This document shows, piece after piece, positions 43,822 to 53,769 of a stretch of 64,000 nt of DNA. A program made the position numbers and the translations under genes. The stretch lies in NCBI RefSeq assembly GCF_006345805.1, contig NC_043017.1, forward strand, positions 1,054,001 to 1,118,000, in the 5' to 3' direction. Below the pieces are notes generated by a model that was not told the DNA's origin, did not search any database, and saw only the letters and a list, made by a program, of their open reading frames with translations. Within the stretch, counting starts at the first letter, position 1; each line of letters opens with the position of its first letter. Origin of the DNA: Octopus sinensis (taxonomy: Eukaryota).

Positions 43822-44762
43822 TTGATGATTGCTGATATGTTCCTAGTTTCGTTTACAGGAAAATTATCATTTTATTCTGCATACGCCCTTCTCAGATTCA
43901 TACGCTTATTGTAGCTGTCCTTCATTTTTTTCTGAGCCGTGTAAAAGAACTCGGAATGTTTGACCTCCAGCCAGGCGTTTCGCGATGCTAAGATCCTTTG
44001 CGTTCCGAACATACGCTATGCGAAAGAATAAACTAAGTGAGAATTAAGAGGAGAGAGAAAAAGTGTCACAAATAGACCGTAAGCGGGTGTAGCAATGACC
44101 GGAAGTGGGCCAAGGGGACATCTGTGGAGTGGACTTGTGGCAAGGGTGGAAAGGAAGACAATGTTGACCTGGCATATGCGTGTGTTTGACAGCAAGCGCG
44201 TGTGTGGTTATGAAGCTAATGCTTACGGGTGCATGTGTATATGGGCAGGCTGTGTGTGTACGTTTGTCTGTATGCTTGTAATAAGAATATGCGGGTATGT
44301 GTGTGATCGTCTGTGTGTATGAATCTAATGTGTGCAAGTTAAATCTTTTGGATTATGACATTGAACAGAAGTTACACAATTGCACTCAGTAGCCTGCCGC
44401 TGCTTTTCCTCTTAGGCACATTGCTCTAAGTGGTGAGTGCTTCTGCGAGTTACAATGTTTGTCACAATTAATCATATAGCCTCTGTTAACTCGTCATTCG
44501 TTAACTAATTTTATGCTCTGTACTCAGCTGGTGATTTACATGGAAGCATACATCCTACTTCTAGGATCTAGTTACTGTTATCCCTAAGCCTAACAGTTAC
44601 ATTGATATGGGTTTGTGTGTGTGCGCGCAAGTCTGTGTGTGAGAGAGAGAGTGTGTGTATATATATATATGTGTTTGTGTGTGTGTGTATGCATATATTC
44701 ACACATACATATATATATACATAGTTATATATATGTGTGTATTATACATACATATATATATA

Positions 44763-44822
<60 letters not shown>

Positions 44823-45030
44823 AATATTAGGGAATAAATCCAAACTTACAGGGAAAAATCAGATTTAGGATTGAATTCAATTTTATAGTAAAATATTATA
44901 TTATATTAAATTAGAGACAAAACCACTATTAGGCAAATCATACAATGAAAAACTTAAGCCAATACATAAGATTATTTAATTTATATTATTTAAATATATA
45001 ACAAAATTATTAAAACAATATAATTAATAT

Positions 45031-45098
45031 ATCACTACGATCGTTTCATGGCTGTTAATTTCTTTAAATTTTCAAGTCACAGTCATTCATCAGGTGGT
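45031..45098 (-). ncRNA. Minimal type I hammerhead motif (minus strand)
   Basis: Core CUGAUGA; stem II 7 of 8 pairs; GAAAC-GAUC-GUA with palindromic loop III; stem I ACCAC/GUGAU. Confidence 0.6.
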
Positions 45099-45137
45099 TT
45101 AAATATTTATCTTGGCGAGGTTTAGATAAATATTTAA

Positions 45138-45205
45138 ACCACCTGATGAATGACTGTGACTTGAAAATTTAAAGAAATTAACAGCCATGAAACGATCGTA
45201 GAGAT
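45138..45205 (+). ncRNA. Minimal type I hammerhead motif (plus strand, stem I damaged)
   Basis: Mirror copy of the minus-strand motif. The stem I 3' strand reads GAGAU, giving an A.A mismatch. Confidence 0.5.
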
Positions 45206-45678
45206 ATATTAATTATATTTTTTTTATAATTTGTTTTTTAATAATTTTGTTATATATTTAAATAATATAAATTAAATAATCTTATGTATTGGCTTAAGTT
45301 TTTCATTGTATGATTTGCCTAATAGTGGTTTTGTCTCTAATTTAATATAATATATATATATATATCTGTGTGTGTGTGTGTGTGTGCGTGTGTATTTTTA
45401 CATTCACACATGTATACACTTCTATCTGTGTATATGTATATATCTACGTACACACTGTCACACACATGTATATCATTTATAGTTATATACATATAAGCAA
45501 CATTAAACTATACATGAGTCTATACATACATAAATATGTATATATATATATATATACATATACATACACACACTGATACACACACACATATATATACATA
45601 CGCACACATATGTACATCTATATATATGTACATATATATGTATGTATGTATGTATATATATGTATATAAATGTGAATG

Positions 45679-45717
<39 letters not shown>

Positions 45718-46356
45718 ATGAATGAATATATATGATTCTAGTTAGTTATAGCGATACGAATAACCACTTCTTATACCTAAATATACTTATGGTTTAGAGT
45801 AAAGCGCCATGTGAATATAGAACATTATATCAATTAACGTAAGTGATTACGTTTCATTAGGTAATGAAATAACTTACAGCAATCTTCTTATTGCATTTAG
45901 TAACAGATTCTTGGCTTACAGGTGTTTCTGCTATTGGAAGCATTGCACGATGTTGCACGAGGGTCTATTTAACCATTTTGCTCACCGCCTTAAATAATGA
46001 TAATTAGAAGAAATAGTTAACTAATAATAGTCTTTTCTATTCTAGATACAATGACCGAAGTTTTGGGGAAACAGGTCAGTCCCTTAGATCGACCCCAATG
46101 CGCAACTGATACTTAATTCATCCGAAAAGATGAAAGGCAATGTCGACCTCGGCGGAATTTGAACTCAAAACGTACAGTAAACTAATAATAATAATAATAG
46201 TAATAATAATAATAATACTGGATTCAAATTTTGGCACAACGCCAACAATTTTTATCTGGATGGGTTTGGTTGATATACCCTCGAACCCAATACTTGGTTG
46301 GTACTGCATTTGATTAATCCCTGTCTTCGTCTTTTGTTTTTCTGTAAATTTCAATA

Positions 46357-46390
<34 letters not shown>

Positions 46391-47262
46391 GTATAGCACC
46401 AGGACGTGGTACTCGCTTCCTTTAAAATCTACCCCTATATTTATAGATTTATGCTTCCTGTACTGAATATTATTTCAATTTCATCATGTCTGATGATAGG
46501 TCACATGTAGTCTGTTGTTTCCATTTACTTAATATGTAATCTTAAGTCTTATCAACTAGATCTTTTAATTGTTGCCGCCAGTCGTTGGGGTTCGAATCTA
46601 GAATATGTAATCATCATCCTTCAATCAACAGTTGATTGGTCGGAAGTTCGTAGACAATCCCTTTCCACACTACACGCTCCTGCATTGCTGTATTCAGATC
46701 TCTATCACGCGTAAGAGATTTTCCGTGTTTTGTCCTGTCCAGGGTTGATGTGAAATCAAGAATTTCTGACTAGCGTTTTATGTCTACTAAAACAAATCTT
46801 AATTTCAGTGTACCCTAATATTTAGTTATGATACCAGGATGACCTGATAGAGAAATGAATCTTGTATGTGCATAGATATCGTTTGTATGTATATGCGTAA
46901 GAATATGCTTAATATATATGTAAATAGACTGATTTGGTCACTTAAACAATATAATGATCTTCTACTATTTATGAAATTGCCATTTGATATAAGTAATTTG
47001 GCGTAGGAACTGTTGTACCTCTGTATGTGTGTGTATGCACGTATGCGGGCTTGTGTGTATGTATGTGAGCGTGTGTATGTGAATGTATGCGTATCGTTGT
47101 GTCTGAGAATATTTATATGAGATGTATGTGTGTATAACGGTGCCGCTGGCAAAGGTCATGGAATGACATTTCTGTCATTCTGAATCAACCATTCTTGAAA
47201 TTCCGTAAGTTGAGGCCGTTTTGTTATGCAGCACAAATACATTGTTTTTAACAAACCAAACG

Positions 47263-47294
<32 letters not shown>

Positions 47295-47552
47295 TTAGCA
47301 ATTAAGGACAACTACTTAATAAGGAAAACTTAACAAGAAATTGTCAGGTAGGTAGCGTGAAAGACCTCATAAGAGAAAAAATTTCGAAAATAATTATTTC
47401 TTATTGAACATATTAATTTATATATAGAGGGCATTATACATACATGCCAGAGGGCATTATACATACATTCCACACGCTAAGAGGGACAATTAGTCATTTC
47501 TACCAAAAATTTTACTAATCCCACCGAATGCAATTTTTGAAAGGATACGTCC

Positions 47553-47600
47553 AGGCCTGCTGATGAATACGTAAGTATGAAATCACTGTGATACAGGTCT
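47553..47600 (+). ncRNA. Type I hammerhead ribozyme, copy 1
   Basis: AGGCCUG-CUGAUGA-AUAC(GUAA)GUAU-GAAA-UCAC(U)GUGA-UA/CAGGUCU. 7-bp stem I, intact core, 4-bp stem II with GNRA loop, near-palindromic stem III. Predicted cleavage after A47593. Confidence 0.85.
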
Positions 47601-48029
47601 ATATTTTTTAAATGTCTTACTTTGAAAAATTGCATTCGGTGGGATTAGTAAAATTTTTGGTAGAAATGACTAATTGTCCCTCTTAGCGTGTGGCATGTAT
47701 GTATAATGCCCTCTGGCATGTATGTATAATGCCCTCTATATATAAATTAATATGTTCAATAAGAAATAATTATTTTCGAAATTTTTTCTCTTATGAGGTC
47801 TTTCACGCTATCTACCTGACAATTTCTTGTTAAGTTTTCCTTATTAAGTAGTTGTCCTTAATTGCTAAATTTTTATTCCGAAAAATCTTTTCCTTTCCCG
47901 AAATGCAATTCGTAAAAGTCTGCCATTTACCGGATGTAATATATGTAAACTCACCCATGTGCTTCGTTGATGTTGATCAGTTAGCTGATCGGCTTAAGCG
48001 AGGCAGGGTCGTTTATTTATGATACGTCC

Positions 48030-48077
48030 AGGCCTGCTGATGAATACGTAAGTATGAAATCACTGTGATACAGGTCT
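48030..48077 (+). ncRNA. Type I hammerhead ribozyme, copy 2
   Basis: Identical to copy 1. Predicted cleavage after A48070, 477 nt downstream of the first site. Confidence 0.85.
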
Positions 48078-48213
48078 ATATTTTTTAAATGTCTTACTTT
48101 GAAAAATTGCATTCGGTGGGATTAGTAAAATTTTTGGTAGAAATGACTAATTGTCCCTCTTAGCGTGTGGCATGTATGTATAATGCCCTCTGGCATGTAT
48201 GTATAATGCCCTC

Positions 48214-48275
<62 letters not shown>

Positions 48276-48456
48276 TTAAATTAAAAACACAGCTTATTTC
48301 AGAGTATGTAATAAATGGACTGACTTGTACAATGACGTTGGCGGAAATGGTAAAGTGCCACGAAGAATGCATGTGAAGAAAATATTTAACTTTCTAATTA
48401 TACATTCGTGTATGTTGAATGTTGATAGTGACAAAAATATTTGAGCTTATACACAA

Positions 48457-48502
<46 letters not shown>

Positions 48503-49244
48503 ACATATGTATACACACATACGTAGACAGGCACACAAGCTCACTTGCTCATACAAATAAGCACACACCATCACACACTCTCACACACAAATATATCAAT
48601 AGGAAGAAACAATCTCTATTTGTTTATGTTTTTTTTAAATTCTCCATAGGAATCTCGTTTGTGGTTATTATATGTTATTCAAATTTACAAGTTGAAGTAT
48701 AAGTTACATTAATAACGCCAATAAATATTTTACGATTCTGTCTGGTAATAAGAACTATTGAGTTATTCAATGCTGTTGGAAGTCTCGGGAATAGGTAATG
48801 TAAAATTTAAAGAAAAAATAATCAAATTGAATTTAAAGTAATTAGTTAACGGAACAATATTGTTATTGGAAATTACATATTAACTAACAATAAAGACGTC
48901 ATACAATAGCTGTCTAAACGAGAAATACATAATGATCTGTAGAATGGGTATGGAAGTGTGTTTATGGAAACTTGAAAAATCTGTTTATTCCATACATGCA
49001 TGCATACTTACACACATACATACATAAATACATAAATGTATATATTAGAAGAATTCACCCAAAAAGGGAAGTGGTGTAGACAACAAACAGATGTATTAGT
49101 ATAACGCTCGGGAAGTGAAAAAGTCTTTAACATTTCGAGCCTAAGCTCTTCCACAGAAAGTAACACAGAAAAAAACAAGGAGACATATATATATACATAT
49201 GTATATTTATATTTATAAATACATACGAACACAAGTATATATAC

Positions 49245-49280
<36 letters not shown>

Positions 49281-49282
<2 letters not shown>

Positions 49283-51010
49283 ACGTGAGGGAAACGAACG
49301 AAGTTGACTTCCAACACAAAATCGCAGACATAACCTTCGCTGCCACCGACATCGTAGCAGCAATAAATGAGGTCAAACATTACTCTGCTGTAGGCCCTGA
49401 TAGATTTCCCGCTAGTCTCCTGAAGGAATGTAGATATCAACTTGCAGTCCCTCTGACCAACCTCTGGAGAAATTCGTTAGACGCAGGTTATATACCGAAA
49501 CAGTTTCTATCCCAGTCGGTCATCCCGGTTTTCAAACAGGGAAACAGATCCCTCGCACTCAACTATCGCCCAATCTCACTCACCTCCCACATCATTAAAG
49601 TGTTTGAAAGAGTGTTAAGATCAAGGATAGCTGACTTCCCGGAGACCCAGAAACTCCTAAATTCAAATCAGCATGGCTTTCACTGTGGCAGGGACTGTCT
49701 AACACAGCTCTTACACCACATTGAAGATGTACTCAAAGCCTTGGGAACAGGTTCGAACTCTGACGTCATATATCTTGATTTCAGTAAAGCGTTCGACAGG
49801 GTAGACCATAACATCCTACTCTCAAAATTGGCAAATGTTGGAATCCGTGGGAAAGTTCTACACTGGATTAAGTATTTCCTGGCGAATAGAACACAACATG
49901 TTGTAGCTGATGGAGTCCACTCAAACCCAGCAAAAGACACCAGCGGTTTTCCCCAGGGAACTGTTTTGGGTCCGTTACTCTTCATAAGTTACGTAAACCA
50001 CCTTTCCAGTGTCGTACATCACTGCAAAGTGAAAATATTCGCTGATGACACTAAGCTCCAGCAAATCGTCAATGAAGAAGCAGACCGAACTCAACTCCAG
50101 TCTGATCTATATGCTGTGAGTCAATGGGCAGACAGAAACAAAATGCAACTGAACGAGGGAAAATTTGAGCTGATGCATTTTGGAAGAAACTCCTCACTAA
50201 AACAGCCATACTCTCTTCCTTCAGGGGAACCGCTCACAGCCTCTAACAATATCAGAGACCTGGGTGTGATTGTTGATGACGATCTCAGTTGGAGTGCACA
50301 CATCAACAAGAAGGTCGATATAGCTCGTAGGATGAGTTCCTGCATCTTAAGAACTTTCCGGTCCAGAGAACAAGGTGTCATCATACCACTTTTTCCTCCT
50401 TTGTACGGCCACACCTTGAATACTGCTGCCCACTGTGGTCTCCTCACACAAGACAAAACATCTCCAGAATTGAGTCACCCCAGAGGGCTCTCACTAAACA
50501 AATTGAAGGCATGGCTGCTCTCGATTATTGGGATCGCCTTAAAGCCTTGAAACTTTACTCCCTCCAGCGTCGCCGTGAGCGGTACATCATTTGTACGATG
50601 TGGAAAATATACCGCCAACTTTGCCCAAACGACCTAAACATTAGCTTCAAGGTTCATCCAAGACTTGGACCACGGGCTATACGTCTCCTGCCAAATTCAA
50701 GATCACAACATACATGTACACTGCAACATAATTTCTTTTCCTCAACAGGCCCTGCCCTATTTAACATTGTCCCGAGGGAGATCAAAGAGGAAAAGGATCC
50801 CATCAACTTTAAACAGAGTCTGGATAGATTCCTTCAAAGAATACCAGATAAGCCACCCATAATTGGATACAACTCACCCAACAAGAACTCACTACTTGAA
50901 CAAAACTTGACTTAGACAGGATTCGAATAATCCTATCAGGTGGTGCTATTAAATTAGACATGGCCTGGACCAATCTCTGGTCGAAACATATCTAAGTTTA
51001 TCTAAGTTTA
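49281..51010 (+). mobile_element. Young 5'-truncated non-LTR retrotransposon (RT plus C-terminal domain; possibly Proto2/CR1-group-like)
   Basis: RT motifs NYRPISLTS, VIYLDFSKAFDRVDH, FPQGTVLGPLLF, KIFADDTKL, RDLGVIVD. Adding one T to the T-run at 50390-50394 fuses ORFs 49285-50550 and 50511-50915 into about 543 codons (LFSSFVRPHLEYCCPLWSP...LYSLQRRRERY...LDRFLQRIPDKP). 3' stem-loop GACCA/TGGTC at 50968-50982 and a (TCTAAGTTTA)2 tail. Sits inside (AT)n. Clade assignment is from memory. Confidence 0.92.
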
Positions 51011-51454
51011 TATATATATGCTTTTGTAAATGTGTATAGATTCGTGTGTGCATGTAGATATAAATATATACATACCTATATTAATAAATACGTAAGTAAC
51101 AGGCAGTGGAATTGAAACCAGAACCATATGATTGAGTGGGCAATTTCTTCACACACATACACACTTCTCAAATTCATATATGTGTGTGTATGTGTGTATA
51201 TATTTGTGTATGTATATACGTATGTATTCATATGTATCTGTCTGTCTTTCTCGACCGCCTCTGAAAATCGGTATTGGTTTGTTTATGTCTCCTTAACTTA
51301 CCAGTAACGTCTGTAAAATATGTAAAAAAGTAACTACTGGAATTGATTTGTGGGACTAAAAGTCTCGAAGTCACTGCTCCAGCATGGCCTCGGGTCACTA
51401 CCTGGAAAAATTCGAAAATACAAAATAAGAAATATAAGACATGATGGTTCTAAT

Positions 51455-51930
51455 GAGGAAGTTGTCCTCAGCCATTTGGAATACTGCTCTGAATTTGGGG
51501 CACCGACAGTATCAAATTAATTGGTGCACTTGAGGCAGCTCAGCAGTACTACACCAGAAATATTGCATCAATGGAGCAGCTTCGCTACCTGGGAAACGCT
51601 GCAAGAAGTACGACTCTACTCCGCGGAGTGAAGACAGGAGGTATATGCTGTAATATATGTATGAAAGATTCTGTAGGATTTAGCACCAAACTTTTGTACC
51701 GAGTAGACCGCCTCTGCACAGTTCCAAATGTCTTAGCTTACTCTTGTGCTGCAAGAGCTTGGGATACGAGTGTCCACGGCTATTTCGTACCTTGCGAAAA
51801 CTTCTGAGATATCTACCTTCAGTTATGGTAAATGTTTCCCAGAAACATCTTGGTATTCTGCACTCCAAGCTCCCAGATGGACCTGCATCGCGGTAAGAAA
51901 CCCAAGACACCAGCAATATCGAACTGCATT
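51455..51930 (+). mobile_element. Decayed 3' LINE fragment, same type as the 49281-51010 element
   Basis: VLSHLEYCS, LEAAQQYYTRNIASM and ERLQEVRLYS..RQE.YAVIYV.KIL.DLAPNF recovered across frameshifts. Confidence 0.65.
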
Positions 51931-52929
51931 CTTCACGAAAAGCTAATCACAAACGAATGGCCCTTGAAAAGGAGATAACACTGGTGGTGCCCCAGCATGG
52001 CGATAACCTTAGGGCTAAATCCATAAAAAAAGACGTTATTCAAATGTCATCTATATTAATGTATATATTTAAAAGTCCCTTGTTATTTTCTTTTGCTTAA
52101 TAAAGCATTTGAAAATATCTGACGAATTAACAATTGAGTAGAATCAGTGAAAACATGTGGGGCGATAATCGTGATTATTATATATCGCATGTACTGTGAA
52201 TGTAAACACCTGTTAATCTGTGCAACCTTTCTTTATTTTTCTGTCACATACAAGCCTTCAATCATGCAAGCACACTGACACGCAGACGCAGACACATGCA
52301 CATAATCACTGCGTGTGCGCGTATATGTATACATTCATGAATACATATATTATGTATGCATATATATATATATGTGTGTGTGTGTATGTGTGTGTGTGTG
52401 TATCTGAGCGTATATCTATGTATAAATATATATATATGTGTGTATATATACATACATATATATATACACATACATGTATATATAGACTCACACAAACATA
52501 CAAATATATACGTAGATTTAACGGTACATGACATCCATATTTACACACACCCACACATCCACATACCCACATCGACTAGCAAAAATACACTCACACGCAC
52601 ACACACTTGGTCACACACACGTATATATGCATATATTTATACAGTCATAAAGGTATAGATTCTTAATCACATATATGCACACAATGCACACACATACATA
52701 CATATACATACATAAACCTACATATACACACACATACACACACACATATATATATAGATAGATATATACATACACACATACATACGTACATGCACGGGCA
52801 TACTTAAACTGACGTAGTGTCTAACGGCAAGGATGTAGGTAGGGGTGAGAGATTACGCATTATAACATTTGGTTCTTTTGAACGTATGGTGGATATATGT
52901 GTGTGTATGTTGGTATATATATATATATA

Positions 52930-52968
52930 TATAAAGCCAGTTAAGTTTAGCAGAACATTCGCTCACTG
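52930..52968 (+). promoter_or_regulatory. TATA box and candidate initiator of the peptide gene
   Basis: TATAAAG at 52930-52936 forms the end of an (AT)n run. Inr-like CATTC (52956-60) and TCACT (52963-67) lie about 27-35 nt downstream, just before the ATG at 52989. Confidence 0.6.
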
Positions 52969-52988
52969 CAACTAACGTTGAGAGCATC

Positions 52989-53058
52989 ATGAAAAGAACA
53001 ACCTGTGCGGTGTTAATGTGTCTTCTGATAGCGTTTGCTGGGCTCCATGAGACCGAAG
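52989..53058 (+). CDS. Exon 1 (signal peptide) of a small secreted cysteine-rich peptide gene
   Basis: ATG in good context (agcatcATG). Encodes MKRTTCAVLMCLLIAFAGLHETE plus 1 nt: basic n-region, hydrophobic core, then T-E-A cleavage motif completed by exon 2. Ends at AAG|GTATGT, a phase-1 donor. TATA box about 59 nt upstream. Confidence 0.85.
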
Positions 53059-53114
53059 GTATGTATGTTTGTACATGTATGCATGTATATATGTAAGTAT
53101 GTATGTATGCATTT

Positions 53115-53156
<42 letters not shown>

Positions 53157-53160
53157 CATA

Positions 53161-53408
53161 CAGTATACATTCAAACACATAAGGAATCCACTCGTGGGAT
53201 TCAACACGCTAGAAAGAACAGCTAGGTACTACAACCACAAAATTAGGGGTAAAATCCGACAGGAACGAAATGAAAGAATAAAAATATTTTACCATTTTTT
53301 TCATTTCGTTCCTGTCGGATTTTTATCCTTAATTTTATAGAACCTAGCTGTCCTTTTTAGCGTGTTGAATCCCACAACTGGATTCCTTATGTGTCTATAT
53401 GTACACTG
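53161..53408. mobile_element. 248-bp fold-back MITE in intron 1 of the peptide gene
   Basis: TA|cagtatacat...atgtacactg|TA. Arms are complementary over most of their length (e.g. aaatccgacaggaacgaaatgaaa / tttcatttcgttcctgtcggattt). Confidence 0.75.
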
Positions 53409-53769
53409 TATGTTATGAGTAATATATAGTCTTTGAACTAAATTTTTACGCGCTAGGCTCTTCGATATGATTAAGTACATATATAGTAGTTATATATAAA
53501 AGTAGTTTATAATTATTCTACTATCTCTTTCGCATTCATATATTAAGAGTTTAGATATTAATTATAAAAAAACAAATTTGAAATCATTGATCTATGCTAA
53601 TTTAGTTAATGTTCTGAAGCTCCCTTTTCAGTTTGTAAGATAGAAATTTCAATATCATAAAATGCTTTATAAGAAATTTAAAGTGCCTCCGTGATAACTG
53701 TAAACCTACTTTTGGGCCACCCTGTATGTACATATATATACATACATACATGCATGCATACATAAATCC

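Larger units (their letters stand above)
44820..45353. mobile_element. Fold-back Penelope-like terminal repeat with two outward-facing minimal hammerhead motifs
   Basis: Palindrome arms 44898-45112 and 45124-45353 around an 11-nt loop. Each arm contains ACCAC-CUGAUGA-AUGACUGU...ACAGCCAU-GAAAC-GAUC-GUA. Same terminal sequence recurs at 38878-39090 and 56500-56575. Confidence 0.7.
47293..48224 (+). mobile_element. Retrozyme / non-autonomous Penelope-like element: 477-nt unit plus partial second copy and an inverted 5' arm
   Basis: Direct repeat 47544-47747 = 48021-48224 (204 bp, identical by eye, offset 477). Inverted repeat 47293-47543 vs 47620-47870 (251 bp, about 3 mismatches). Each direct copy carries a hammerhead motif. 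Flanked by (AT)n on both sides. No ORF of 60 aa or more inside. Confidence 0.8.

Noticed and set aside
44060-44180. GC-richer stretch with an ETS-like CCGGAAGT motif
   Set aside because: A single short motif with no linked exon; cannot support a promoter call.
49680-50456. Minus-strand ORFs of 101 and 111 aa
   Set aside because: Antisense shadows of the LINE RT frame.
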